From an uncultured Candidatus Entotheonella sp. (GTDB taxonomy: Bacteria; Tectomicrobia; Entotheonellia; Entotheonellales; Entotheonellaceae): a stretch of 64,000 bases of DNA. Shown piece after piece: positions 50,441 to 60,554 of the stretch. The first letter of the stretch is position 1, and every line of letters starts with the position of its first letter. A program made the translations under genes and the position numbers. Under the pieces are notes generated by a model. The model did not search any database. It saw only the letters and a list, made by a program, of their open reading frames with translations, and was not told the origin of the DNA. The stretch lies in NCBI GenBank assembly GCA_965217185.1, contig OZ244252.1:1280001-1344000 (forward strand), given 5' to 3'.

Positions 50441-51071
50441 GGCCTCGGTGCCCGGCCTGCCGCCGTGCGCCGTTTCGCAAACCGCAACAGGTTCCCGGCA
50501 CCTTTGTGCCTCGCAGAAAAGCGCCGCTTGCCGCCTTCCGGTCCTTGCCCGGAAGCTCCGCTACCGTGTGCTTTCATTGGACTACTCTCCGTGAAAAGCC
50601 CACTCTCGACTGCGCTCGGGAGCGGACTTCCAGGCTTTTGTATTTTGCCGGCTGCCCCCCCCCTTCAAGAGGGGGAATTGCTGGAGCCTTCCCGTACACG
50701 AAACGTGTGATGCAAATTAGACCCTCCAGCGCACCACGTTCCCCCCTGAGCGGCAGCCGTAAGCCAAGCCGCCAGCGGACGAGCTAGAGAATAATGAGAG
50801 AATAATAACCGAAACCTAAATCTGAAATCCAAATATCTTTTGAAGACAATTATTTAATGTCTTTTCAATAAATTTATTTGGTCTAAGAATGTCTCTCCCG
50901 ATGCATCATGACACCCCATCGCACCGAGTCACGGGCAGGGAACCGCGTCTCGCCGCGCCACGTCGTCATGTCTTGTGGAACAGTTCCAACACTGTTGAAT
51001 TGATGGGATCGGCTGAGACAAGAGGCATCGTTCGTCATTGCTATGAAAATAGGCTGTGCCACGCCTCAAAG

Positions 51072-51100
51072 GTCATTCCGGAGTCAAGTCCGGCATGACG
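51072..51100. repeat. REP-like palindrome
   Basis: GTCATTCCGGAGTCAAGTCCGGCATGAC. Confidence 0.5.
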
Positions 51101-51215
51101 TGCAGGCGGAGCCTACGCCTCTGCACGATGGCGTCCTGGCGACGACTTCCAGGAAGAGACACTTCAAGATAGGTTCACGAGTTGCGAGCTGCGTAACGTC
51201 ACTCAATCATTGCAT

Positions 51216-51244
51216 TTGACACTACCTGAAACTGTCCCTATCCT
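51216..51244 (+). promoter_or_regulatory. Candidate sigma70 promoter
   Basis: TTGACA-N17-TATCCT upstream of the amidohydrolase. Confidence 0.55.
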
Positions 51245-51350
51245 ACGCCCCGCCAAAGCAGCTCGAAGCGCGATGGCTACTGTTGTTCCTGACGCGATGT
51301 CATACGTTTTGCGTCTCACGATCTATGACACGGCAAGGAGGATGGCAGAT

Positions 51351-52673
51351 ATGGAGTTCAATATATCCGAGCATTTCAAAGGCATGGGCATCACGTCCAA
51401 TCAGCCTACGAATCACTACGAGCAAGGAGCCAATTACTTCTCCAGCGGGCATCTCGGCTCTCGCGTTCGCGATCGGCTCGATAGCTTCGCGGAGCGGGTC
51501 AACATGCCGCGCCGCAGCTTCATGAAGACGGTCTGCGGCTTTACGGGCGCGATGCTGGCCGTGAACCAGGCGACCGGCATGCGTTTCTTTGACGTTTCCG
51601 AGGCCGAGGCCGTGGAACAAGCGGCGGCGCACGAGAAGAATGCCCTCCTGAAATCCCACCTCAATTACGTCGTCGACCAGCACACCCACATCTGCTGGCG
51701 CAAGGACGGCTTTGTGCCCGGCGTGAACACGTCCGAAAAGGGCATGTGGTTCGTCAATCTCCTCGACGGGCTGGGCAAGGCCATGGGCCTGGAGAAGGGC
51801 ATCGAGGACATGACCGTGGAGAACTACGGCAAGCTTATCCTTGACGAAAGCGACACCACGGTGGGCATTTTCAACCCGTTCGGCTTCCGCGAGGACTACG
51901 GCGACCAGGATATGATCCCCATCGAGGAGCAGGTAGAGGTTCGCAACCGCTGGCCCAACCGCACCATCATGATGGGCGGCGGCCTGACGCCCAACCAGGG
52001 GCTGGAGTACACCCTGGATCGGCTGCAGATGTTCGTCGAGGACTACCAGATTTCCGGCCTCAAGCTCTACACGTTTGATTCCACCCCGCAACGCGGCTGG
52101 TGGTTCGACGATGTGAAGCTGGCCTATCCGATCTGGGAAAAGTGCCGTGAACTCGGGATCAAAAACATCGGCTGCCACAAGGGTATCCCCTTCGGGCAAT
52201 TCATGGCGCGCTACGCCCACGCCGAGGACTTCGATGCCGTCGCCGATGATTTCACGGACATGAACTGGATCGCGTTCCACTCCGCGTGGCCCTATCACGG
52301 CGAGTTGGCGGCGCTGAAGTCTTTCAAGCCGCAGCGCAACAATCTGTTCTGCGAGCTGGGATCGACGTTCGCCGCGACCGTCACCAGCCGTCCGCTGGAC
52401 TGCGCTCACGTGATCGGAACCCTGCTGCGCGACCTCGGTCAGGATGCCGTGCTGTGGGGCACCGACTCCGTGCTGTGGGGCAACCCGCAGTGGCAGATCG
52501 AGGCCTTCCGGCGCTTCCGTATCCCCGATGAGTTGGTCGAAGGGTACGGTTACCCGCAGTTGACGGATGAGCTCAAGGCCAAGGTGTTGGGCACCAACGC
52601 CGCCCGCATCTGGGGGCTCGAGACCGCTTCTAACACGCCTCCGGCCGAACCGTCCAGGATCGTAGCCGCGTAG
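51351..52673 (+). CDS. Amidohydrolase_2-family metalloenzyme with twin-arginine motif
   Basis: PRRSFMK, DQHTH, GLKLY, CHKG, FHSAW, WGTDS, LGTNAARIW; RBS AAGGAGG. Confidence 0.85.
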   Translation: MEFNISEHFKGMGITSNQPTNHYEQGANYFSSGHLGSRVRDRLDSFAERVNMPRRSFMKTVCGFTGAMLAVNQATGMRFFDVSEAEAVEQAAAHEKNALLKSHLNYVVDQHTHICWRKDGFVPGVNTSEKGMWFVNLLDGLGKAMGLEKGIEDMTVENYGKLILDESDTTVGIFNPFGFREDYGDQDMIPIEEQVEVRNRWPNRTIMMGGGLTPNQGLEYTLDRLQMFVEDYQISGLKLYTFDSTPQRGWWFDDVKLAYPIWEKCRELGIKNIGCHKGIPFGQFMARYAHAEDFDAVADDFTDMNWIAFHSAWPYHGELAALKSFKPQRNNLFCELGSTFAATVTSRPLDCAHVIGTLLRDLGQDAVLWGTDSVLWGNPQWQIEAFRRFRIPDELVEGYGYPQLTDELKAKVLGTNAARIWGLETASNTPPAEPSRIVAA

Positions 52674-52744
52674 GACAAACCGGGCCAGGGATGTGGAACA
52701 CGCATGCCTGGCCTTTGCTTTGGCTTTTCGGCAGGAGCCCAGAT

Positions 52745-53032
52745 ATGCCTGTCTATGAATATGAATGCAGTCCGTGCCTGGTCATCTATCAAGTGTTGCA
52801 AGGGATGAAGGACGAGCCCTTGCAGACTTGCCCGAAGTGTTCCGGCTCGGTGCGGCGGGTGATGTCTGCCGCCAGACTGAACCTGCGCAATTACTCCAGC
52901 CCAACCGAGGCGAAGTACGCCAAGATGAGCCACACCGAGGAAATGGCGCGCGAGAAGGAATTGCAGCGCGACTACGAAACCGTCTGGTTGCCGCCGCAGG
53001 TGAAGCACGATCCTTGGAATCACGACCACTAA
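52745..53032 (+). CDS. FmdB-family zinc-ribbon protein
   Basis: MPVYEYECSPC...CPKC...RVMS. Confidence 0.85.
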   Translation: MPVYEYECSPCLVIYQVLQGMKDEPLQTCPKCSGSVRRVMSAARLNLRNYSSPTEAKYAKMSHTEEMAREKELQRDYETVWLPPQVKHDPWNHDH

Positions 53033-53063
53033 GGGTCACAAGAATGTGAAGGAGTCACCGTTC

Positions 53064-53426
53064 ATGACACGCTTGGGCGCAATCATCGGTCGCCACGGCG
53101 CAGTATTCCTCCCGCTGTTGCTGGTCGTCGGCTTTGGTTTGTCCGTACCGGCCGAGGCCCAGGAGTGCGGCAAGATACACGAGGTGATCATGACGCACGT
53201 GTTCACGCCGAAGGAACTGGTTCTGGAGGCCGGTGACTGCATTCGCTTCGTCAACATCCACGAGATCGAGCACAGCGCCGTTGCCAGAACGCGGACGTTC
53301 AACACCGGCACGCTGATGCCGAGGAGCAGCTCGCTGATTCGATTCGACACGCCGGGTGAGTTGCCCTACGTGTGTGGGCTGCATCCGCCGATGATCGGAA
53401 CCATCGTCGTCAAGCCGAAGCGGTAA
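53064..53426 (+). CDS. Periplasmic blue-copper protein (amicyanin/plastocyanin-like)
   Basis: Signal peptide; FTPKEL, HSAV, YVCGLHPPM (His, Cys, His, Met ligands). Confidence 0.88.
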   Translation: MTRLGAIIGRHGAVFLPLLLVVGFGLSVPAEAQECGKIHEVIMTHVFTPKELVLEAGDCIRFVNIHEIEHSAVARTRTFNTGTLMPRSSSLIRFDTPGELPYVCGLHPPMIGTIVVKPKR

Positions 53427-53591
53427 CCGTAATCGGCTTCCCTCTCCCCCCTGCCCGTGCCGGCGCGTTCTTCCCGCCATGGTAGCCGGACCGTATTTTC
53501 CTTGACTCGCCAGTCCAAAGGGTGCTACCAACGCAAGCCTTGGTACGACCGTTCTTCGCATTCCAGTGGCAACTGATATAAGGAGGGTAAG

Positions 53592-55370
53592 ATGATCAGG
53601 CGCTCGTTATGGATCGTTGTTGCAGTCATGCTGGCGCTGCCTTTCTGGGCGCAGGCAAACGATGAACTTCTGATGCTGCAGGAGGACGCCGGGCAGTGGA
53701 CGTTGCCCGGCAAGAATTATTCCGCCAACCGTTACAGCACCCTCAATCAAATCACCAGCCGTAACGTCAAGAACCTGAAAGCGTCATGGACGTTTTCGCT
53801 CGGCGTGCTGCGTGGGCAGGAAGGCGCCCCGCTGGTGGTCGGTACCACGATGTACGTGCACACCGGGTTTCCGAACAACGTCTACGCGCTGGACTTGACC
53901 CGGGACGGCGCCCCCATCAAGTGGGCTTATAAGCCCAATCAGGATGCCAACGTGCCCGCGGTGGCGTGCTGCGACACGGTATACCGCGGCTTGGCCTACG
54001 CCGGTGGGAAGATATTCCTGGCGCAGTTGGACACCAACGTCGTCGCCATCGATGCCGCGACGGGCAAGGAAATCTGGAAGGTCACGCAGGGCGACCCGGG
54101 TCAGGGTATGACCATTACCGCCGCGCCGTTGGTGATCAAGGACAAGGTCATCACGGGCATCAGCGGTGGTGAGTTCGGCGTGCGCGGCTTCGTGACCGCA
54201 AACGACATCAACACTGGCGAGCAGGTCTGGCGCGCCTACAGCGCCGGGCCGGATACGGACGTGCTGATCGGCGACGGTTTCAGCTCGCCCTACGCCAGCC
54301 ATCAGGGTGCCGACCTCGGCGTCAGCACCTGGAAGGGTGATGAGTGGACGCGCGGCGGCGGCACCACCTGGGGCTGGTACACCTACGACCCCGAACTCGA
54401 CCTGCTGTATTACAGCACCGGCAACCCCGGAGCCTGGAATCCGACCCAGCGCCCCGGCGACAATAAATGGTCCATGACCATCTTCGCGCGTAATCCGGAC
54501 ACCGGCATGGCGCGCTGGGCCTATCAGATGACGCCGCACGACGAGTGGGATTACGACGGCGTCAACGAGAACATCCTGGCCGACTTGAGCATGAACGGGG
54601 AGACCCGCAAGGTCTTGGTGCACTTTGATCGCAACGGCTTCGGGTACACGATTGACCGCGCTACCGGCGAGGTGCTGGTGGCGGAGAAGTTCGGCGCCGT
54701 CAACTGGGCGACCAGCGTGGACCTGGAAACCGGCTTGCCCGTTCGGGTGGCCGAAAAAGGTACTCAGGCGGGCCGTAACAGCAAGGACATTTGTCCGGCG
54801 GCCATTGGCACCAAGGATCAGCAACCCGCGGCCTTTTCGCCGAAGACCGGCCTGTTCTATGTTCCCACCAATAACATCTGCATGGATTACGAAGGTGTGC
54901 CGGTGAAATACCAGGCCGGACAATGGTACGTCGGCGCGATAGTGCGGATGTATCCCGGACCGGGCGGCAACCGCGGTGAGTTCATCGCTTGGGATGCCAC
55001 CACCGGGGAGAAAAAGTGGGGCATCAAGGAGAATCTGGCGGCGTACGGCGGCGCGTTGGCCACCGCCGGCAACGTGGTTTTCTATGGCACCATGGAAGGC
55101 TGGCTGAAGGCCGTGAACGCCAAGACCGGCGAGTTGTTGTGGCGGTTCAAGACTGGCTCCGGCATCATCGCCAACCCGATGACTTTTCTGGCGCCCGACG
55201 GCAAGCAGTACGTGGCCGTCATTTCGGGGGTCGGCGGCTGGGCCGGCATCGCGGCGGCTCTGGACATCGGACCTGAGGATCCCACCGCGGGGCTGGGTGC
55301 TCTCGGCGCCTTTGGCGACGCGGGGATGCACAGCACCAAGGGAGCCATGTTGTACGTCTTCGGACTGTAA
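53592..55370 (+). CDS. xoxF: Lanthanide-dependent PQQ methanol dehydrogenase
   Basis: ACCDTV vicinal disulfide, SGGEFGVRG, GNPGAWN, RPGDNKW, HDEWDYDGVNE (extra Asp for Ln3+); no mxaI nearby. Confidence 0.92.
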   Translation: MIRRSLWIVVAVMLALPFWAQANDELLMLQEDAGQWTLPGKNYSANRYSTLNQITSRNVKNLKASWTFSLGVLRGQEGAPLVVGTTMYVHTGFPNNVYALDLTRDGAPIKWAYKPNQDANVPAVACCDTVYRGLAYAGGKIFLAQLDTNVVAIDAATGKEIWKVTQGDPGQGMTITAAPLVIKDKVITGISGGEFGVRGFVTANDINTGEQVWRAYSAGPDTDVLIGDGFSSPYASHQGADLGVSTWKGDEWTRGGGTTWGWYTYDPELDLLYYSTGNPGAWNPTQRPGDNKWSMTIFARNPDTGMARWAYQMTPHDEWDYDGVNENILADLSMNGETRKVLVHFDRNGFGYTIDRATGEVLVAEKFGAVNWATSVDLETGLPVRVAEKGTQAGRNSKDICPAAIGTKDQQPAAFSPKTGLFYVPTNNICMDYEGVPVKYQAGQWYVGAIVRMYPGPGGNRGEFIAWDATTGEKKWGIKENLAAYGGALATAGNVVFYGTMEGWLKAVNAKTGELLWRFKTGSGIIANPMTFLAPDGKQYVAVISGVGGWAGIAAALDIGPEDPTAGLGALGAFGDAGMHSTKGAMLYVFGL

Positions 55371-55392
55371 TCGCCTGCGCATCGCAGTCGGA

Positions 55393-55433
55393 CGGCGGCG
55401 GGGGAAGGCCAGTGATGGCGCCCCCCGCCGCCG
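55393..55433 (+). other. Strong GC hairpin after xoxF (no U-tract)
   Basis: CGGCGGCGGGGG...CCCCCGCCGCCG. Confidence 0.6.
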
Positions 55434-55475
55434 GGTGGCCGAAGACTCTGTTGGACGGCACGGGCAGGAGCCTTT

Positions 55476-56294
55476 ATGCACCGGCGAAAACCGCTTCTGT
55501 GGTTGGTAGGGCTCGTGGTGATGGTCGCTGTGACCGTTCCCGGCACACAAAGCGCGGAGCTAAAGGCCCTGCACGTTTGCGCGGACCCGGACAACCTGCC
55601 GTTCTCGAATCGGCAGGAAGAAGGTTTCGAAAACCGCATCGCTGCCCTGGTGGCGGCGGAATTGGGGATTCCCCGTACCTACACGTGGTGGCCGCAACGG
55701 CGCGGCTTCCTGCGCGGTACGCTGAATGCCAGGCGTTGCGACGTGGTCATCGGCATCCCGGCCGGGCACCCGATGGTGCTCACGACGAGCGCCTACTATT
55801 CGTCGCCTTTCGTCGTTGTTTCCCGACGCCAGGACGACCTGCAGATCGCTTCCCTCGATGGCCCTCTCCTCGAGCGGCTTCGCATCGGGATTTACCGGAA
55901 TTCCCCGATCGACTTTGTACTCGGCCGCCGCGGCATTGTTGATAACGTTGTCGGTTACAGCACGTTCTACGACGGCCGGACGAACTACCCCGGAAAAATT
56001 ATCGAGGGCGTCGCCTCCGGGCGCATCGACGTGGCCATCGTGTGGGGCCCGGCAGCCGGGTATCTTGTCGAGCGGCAGTTCGAAACCCTACGATTGGCAC
56101 CCATTGAAGTCCCGGTGTTGGCGGGAAAAGGCGAAGGCGAATCCGAGGTGTTCGCAATGTCGATGGGCGTGAGAAAAACCGACGAGCAGCTTCGCGACGT
56201 CTTGGAGACCGTGCTACAGGCCAAGAAAGACGAAATAAGACGCATCTTACAGCACTACGGCGTACCGCTGGATGCCCGGGCGCTGCGCCAATGA
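55476..56294 (+). CDS. xoxJ: XoxJ/MxaJ periplasmic protein
   Basis: VCADPDNLPFS, GFENRIA, TWWPQRRGF, VAIVWGP, MSMGVRK. Confidence 0.9.
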   Translation: MHRRKPLLWLVGLVVMVAVTVPGTQSAELKALHVCADPDNLPFSNRQEEGFENRIAALVAAELGIPRTYTWWPQRRGFLRGTLNARRCDVVIGIPAGHPMVLTTSAYYSSPFVVVSRRQDDLQIASLDGPLLERLRIGIYRNSPIDFVLGRRGIVDNVVGYSTFYDGRTNYPGKIIEGVASGRIDVAIVWGPAAGYLVERQFETLRLAPIEVPVLAGKGEGESEVFAMSMGVRKTDEQLRDVLETVLQAKKDEIRRILQHYGVPLDARALRQ

Positions 56295-56332
56295 CGGGTA
56301 GCATTTCGAGAACGTGAAGACAGGGAGTGAAC

Positions 56333-56758
56333 ATGCTGCAGCGGTCCTCGATTTGTAGGCGGAACCGTGTCTCATACCGCCGTTTCCCCTTCCCCATCAT
56401 CCTGTCAGCGATTCTGTTCGTTTTGCTGAGTGCTTTTCAGGGCCTCCCGGAAGGCGAGGCTCAGGACGCTTCGCAGGTATCGGAAGCCGTGATGAACGGT
56501 TGGCGCTGGTTTCATGTCTATTGTTTCCGCTGTCACGGCATGGACGCCGTGGGCAGCCAGATCGCGCCCAATTTGCGGGAATCCATCAAGGTTCTGCCGC
56601 ACGACGAGTTCCTTAAGGTCATCCGCGAGGGCAGGCCCGAAAAAGGCATGCAGGCGTGGAACGTGTTGTTGGACGCATCGCAAATGGAAGACATCTACAA
56701 ATATGTGATGGAGCGCAGCACCGGACGCTTGAAACCCGGCAGGCCCGACGAGCAATGA
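56333..56758 (+). CDS. Cytochrome c (XoxG position)
   Basis: CFRCH, APNL, GRPEKGMQAW; follows xoxFJ; start codon uncertain. Confidence 0.85.
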   Translation: MLQRSSICRRNRVSYRRFPFPIILSAILFVLLSAFQGLPEGEAQDASQVSEAVMNGWRWFHVYCFRCHGMDAVGSQIAPNLRESIKVLPHDEFLKVIREGRPEKGMQAWNVLLDASQMEDIYKYVMERSTGRLKPGRPDEQ

Positions 56759-57264
56759 CGGGCATGATTCCCGCCTTCAAACCGCTCATGATAGCCGCGG
56801 GGTTCCTCGTCCAAGTCTGTCTGACCTCGTGGCTCTGGGCAGACAGCCCTTCGACACCGGTCACGCTCGCAGTGCTGGAATTCTCGCTCAACCTCGACAT
56901 TGCCAACCCGGACGACACCGCCTACGACCTTTTGCCCGCCCAATTGGCCAGCCAAAGCCTGCGTCGGCTGGCTTCTCAGAGTGAACACCATGCGCTTGTC
57001 GATGGCCGCGGGGTGGTTTCCGATTCGCCCTGCGCCGACGCTGACTGTGCCCTGCGCATGGGGCGCGTTCTGGGGGTGCAGCGGGTCATTTGGGGACAGG
57101 TCACCAAGGTCAGCGCCCTCATTTGGTTCGTGTCCGCGCAGCTTGTCGACGTCCCGACTACAACGATTCGGCATGCCGAGACCCTGCAATTCAGAGGCAA
57201 CATGAGGGACGTCGTGCCCCGTCTGGCGGCGATCCTGTGGCGCCGTATGCATGAAGGCGATTGA
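56755..57264 (+). CDS. DUF3280/DUF2380-like secreted protein
   Basis: Signal peptide, LAVLEF, CADADC, GQVTKVSALI, QFRGN. Confidence 0.65.
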   Translation: MTGMIPAFKPLMIAAGFLVQVCLTSWLWADSPSTPVTLAVLEFSLNLDIANPDDTAYDLLPAQLASQSLRRLASQSEHHALVDGRGVVSDSPCADADCALRMGRVLGVQRVIWGQVTKVSALIWFVSAQLVDVPTTTIRHAETLQFRGNMRDVVPRLAAILWRRMHEGD

Positions 57265-57302
57265 ATGCGTTCTTTCTTGCAACAAGCCGATGCGGCGGCG
57301 TG

Positions 57303-57331
57303 TTGACACGATTTTGAGCCGCCGTTAGTAT
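57303..57331 (+). promoter_or_regulatory. Candidate sigma70 promoter of pqqB
   Basis: TTGACA-N17-TAGTAT. Confidence 0.55.
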
Positions 57332-57403
57332 TTGCGCGGTCCGGCACCAGGCTCATGCAACGGCACGCGCCCCTATACATTACGATTTTAGGTTTACGGA
57401 GGA

Positions 57404-58321
57404 ATGATGCGGATACACGTCCTTGGATCGGCTGCCGGCGGCGGATTCCCGCAATGGAATTGCAATTGCTCGAATTGTAGTCGGTTGCGTCAGGGGAATA
57501 TCAAAGCCACGGCCCGCACGCAGTCCTCCATCGCCGTCAGCAGCGACGGCATCGATTGGGTGCTCTTCAACGCCTCCCCCGACATCCGCACCCAGTTGGA
57601 GGCTTTTCCGGCCATGCAGCCGGCCCGGTCTCTGCGCGACACGGGCATCGTCGGCATCGTCCTCATTGATAGCCAAATCGACCATACGACCGGCCTGCTG
57701 GTGCTGCGCGAAGGCCAGCCGCTCAACATTTACTGCACCGACATGGTGCACCAGGACCTCACCACCGGACACCCCCTTTTCAACGTGTTGGGCCATTACT
57801 GCGGCGTCAATTGGCATTCGGTGCCGCTGGAAGCCGGCGCGGATTTCATGATCGATGGCGTCGAGGGCCTACGCTTTACCGCAGTGCCCCTGAGCAGCAA
57901 AGCGCCGCCCTATTCTCCGCATCGCCACGACCCGCATCTTGGCGACAACATCAGCGTGCGCGTGGAAGACCTGCGCAGCGGCAAGAACCTGTACTACGCG
58001 CCCGGCTTGGGCAAGATCGAGCCGCATATCCTTCCTTATATGAAGGAGGCGGATTGCCTGATGGTGGACGGAACCTTCTGGCGCGACGACGAGATGGTGA
58101 TTGCCGGCCTGGGCAAAAAACTCGCCAGTGACATGGGGCACCTGCCGCAATCGGGCGACGATGGCATGTTGAGTGTCCTCGCTTCGTTACAGCGCCCGCG
58201 CAAAATTCTGATTCACATCAACAATTCGAATCCGATACTCGACGAGGAGTCTCCGGAGCGCGCTATTGTCGCCAAGGCGGGCGTTGAAGTTGCCCACGAT
58301 GGGATGGACATTACCCTGTAA
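57404..58321 (+). CDS. pqqB: PQQ biosynthesis protein B
   Basis: [33 protein letters not shown]. Confidence 0.97.
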   Translation: MMRIHVLGSAAGGGFPQWNCNCSNCSRLRQGNIKATARTQSSIAVSSDGIDWVLFNASPDIRTQLEAFPAMQPARSLRDTGIVGIVLIDSQIDHTTGLLVLREGQPLNIYCTDMVHQDLTTGHPLFNVLGHYCGVNWHSVPLEAGADFMIDGVEGLRFTAVPLSSKAPPYSPHRHDPHLGDNISVRVEDLRSGKNLYYAPGLGKIEPHILPYMKEADCLMVDGTFWRDDEMVIAGLGKKLASDMGHLPQSGDDGMLSVLASLQRPRKILIHINNSNPILDEESPERAIVAKAGVEVAHDGMDITL

Positions 58322-58349
58322 ACGTGCCACGAAACGAAGGAGTTCCGGT

Positions 58350-59096
58350 ATGTCTGCTTCCGAAACGGCCCCCTGGAGTCGTGAGGAATTTCACGAGAAG
58401 CTGAAGGAGAAGGGAACCTCGTACCACGTCTACCATCCCTTCCAGATCATGATGACCGAGGGCAAATTGACCCGTTCGCAAATGCAGGGTTGGGTGGCCA
58501 ACCGGTTTTATTATCAGAAAAACATTCCGTTGAAAGACGCCGCGGTCATGGCCAACTGCCCGGACCGGGAGGTGCGGCGCGAGTGGATTCTGCGCATGCT
58601 CGATCAGGACGGCACCGACGGCGACGCAGGGGGCATCGAAGCCTGGCTGCGGCTGGGGGTTGCCTGTGGTTTGACGCGTGAGGAAGTTCTTAGTGAGGAG
58701 CATGTCCTGCCGGGTGTGCGCTTCGCGGTTGACGCCTATCGCAATTTTGCCCGTTCGCGCCCTTGGCAGGAGGCGGTGTGCTCGTCTCTGACGGAGCTTT
58801 TCGCCCCGGACGCGCACGCTTCGCGTATCGAGTCGTTTCCCAAGCATTACCCATGGATTGGCCCGGAGGGTCTGGACTATTTCCGCATGCGCCTGACCGA
58901 GGCGCGCCGGGACGTGCAGCATGGACTCCAGGTCACGCTGGACTATTTCAAGACGCGCGCCCAGCAGGAACGGGCCCTGGACATTTTGGAATTCAAGCTC
59001 GACGTGTTGTGGACGATGTTGGACGCCATGTACATGGCCTATATTTCCCAAGAAACCCTGCCGCCGCACAAGAAATACGCGCTGACCGAGCGTTGA
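58350..59096 (+). CDS. pqqC: PQQ synthase
   Basis: [43 protein letters not shown]. Confidence 0.97.
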   Translation: MSASETAPWSREEFHEKLKEKGTSYHVYHPFQIMMTEGKLTRSQMQGWVANRFYYQKNIPLKDAAVMANCPDREVRREWILRMLDQDGTDGDAGGIEAWLRLGVACGLTREEVLSEEHVLPGVRFAVDAYRNFARSRPWQEAVCSSLTELFAPDAHASRIESFPKHYPWIGPEGLDYFRMRLTEARRDVQHGLQVTLDYFKTRAQQERALDILEFKLDVLWTMLDAMYMAYISQETLPPHKKYALTER

Positions 59097-59123
59097 GGAA
59101 CGGATGCGGCGAAGGAGGCCAAA

Positions 59124-59417
59124 ATGGCAGAACCGGAGGCCCTGAAGGCGGATGACATTATCAGTATTACCCGCCACTTTCGCATGCAGTGGGAAGAGGC
59201 GCAGCAGGCCCACGTGTTGTTGTATCCCGAGGGCATGGTGACCCTCAACGGACCGGCCGCAGAAATCCTGACCCGCTGCCGGGAGGCCAAATCCGTCACT
59301 CAAGTGGTCGAGGAGCTGCAACAGGCATTTCCGCAGGACGACATCGCCGCGGACGTGCGCGAGTTTCTGGAGGACGCTTATGCAAACGGCTGGATCTGCA
59401 TCGAACGGGCAGACTAA
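59124..59417 (+). CDS. pqqD: PQQ peptide chaperone
   Basis: [27 protein letters not shown]. Confidence 0.95.
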   Translation: MAEPEALKADDIISITRHFRMQWEEAQQAHVLLYPEGMVTLNGPAAEILTRCREAKSVTQVVEELQQAFPQDDIAADVREFLEDAYANGWICIERAD

Positions 59418-60519
59418 CCCCCTGTGGCTGCTGGCGGAGTTGACCTACCGCTGTCCGCTGCAATGCCTTTATTGCTCCAACCCCATAGACTACGCCAAGT
59501 ATCAGAATGAGCTGACCACCGAGGAATGGATGCGGGTGCTTCAGGAAGGCCGCGCCATGGGCGCTACGCAACTCGGCTTCTCGGGCGGCGAGCCCCTGGT
59601 TCGCAAGGACCTCGTCGAGTTGGCTCGCGAAGCCCGACGGCTTGGCTATTATTCCAACCTGATCACCTCCGGCATCGGCATGGACGAGCCGCGCATCGCG
59701 GCTCTCAAGGAAGCCGGGCTGGACCATATCCAGTTGAGCTTCCAGGCCAATACACCGGAAGTCAACGACTACATCGGCGGTGCCAAGACCTTTGAGCGCA
59801 AGCTGGCCATGGCGCGGTTGATCAAACATTACGATTACCCGATGGTGATGAACGTCGTGCTGCATCGGCAGAACATCGATCAGACCGAGGAAATCCTGCA
59901 GATGGCCGAGGAGTTGGAAGCCGATTACGTCGAGTTGGCCAACACGCAGTATTACGGTTGGGCGAAGGTCAACCGTTCTCAACTGTTGCCGACCCGCGAG
60001 CAGGTGGAGCGCGCCGAAGCCATCGCCCACGACTACCAGGAACGCTTCAAGGGGCGCATGAAGGTCTACTATGTGGTGCCCGATTACTTCGAGGACCGTC
60101 CCAAACCGTGCATGGCCGGCTGGGGTTCCGTGTTCTTGAATGTGGCGCCGGATGGCAGTGCCCTGCCCTGCCACGCAGCCCATCAACTGCCGGGCCTGGA
60201 CTTCCCCAACGTGCGCGACGCGAGCCTGCATTGGATCTGGCACGAATCCCCAGCCTTCAATGCCTTTCGGGGCGAGGACTGGATGAAGGAGCCCTGTCGG
60301 ACCTGCCCGGAACGCGCCAAGGACTTTGGCGGCTGCCGCTGCCAAGCCTACATGCTGACGGGCGACGCGGCCAACGCGGACCCCGTTTGCAGCCTGTCGC
60401 CGCAGCACGACGTCGTGCTCAATGCCATCGACGAGGACCAGGTCGTTCCGCCTGCCGGTCAGCTTCCGATGTTCCGCAGCAACAAGAATTCGCGGCAGTT
60501 TGTCGAATCTGGCGTTTAA
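59380..60519 (+). CDS. pqqE: PQQ radical SAM/SPASM enzyme
   Basis: [36 protein letters not shown]. Confidence 0.97.
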   Translation: MQTAGSASNGQTNPLWLLAELTYRCPLQCLYCSNPIDYAKYQNELTTEEWMRVLQEGRAMGATQLGFSGGEPLVRKDLVELAREARRLGYYSNLITSGIGMDEPRIAALKEAGLDHIQLSFQANTPEVNDYIGGAKTFERKLAMARLIKHYDYPMVMNVVLHRQNIDQTEEILQMAEELEADYVELANTQYYGWAKVNRSQLLPTREQVERAEAIAHDYQERFKGRMKVYYVVPDYFEDRPKPCMAGWGSVFLNVAPDGSALPCHAAHQLPGLDFPNVRDASLHWIWHESPAFNAFRGEDWMKEPCRTCPERAKDFGGCRCQAYMLTGDAANADPVCSLSPQHDVVLNAIDEDQVVPPAGQLPMFRSNKNSRQFVESGV

Positions 60520-60554
60520 CAGTCGCCAGACCCTCGCGACGGGACCTAACTCAC

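Noticed and set aside
51210..51350. N-terminal extension of the amidohydrolase ORF
   Set aside because: It overlaps a good promoter, and the RBS supports ATG 51351
53592..55370. mxaF (Ca-dependent) assignment
   Set aside because: It has D-Y-D rather than D-x-A, and there is no mxaI
59958..60554. N-terminal ~200 aa of the 518-aa ABC ATPase ORF
   Set aside because: It overlaps pqqE in another frame; the likely start is ATG 60555
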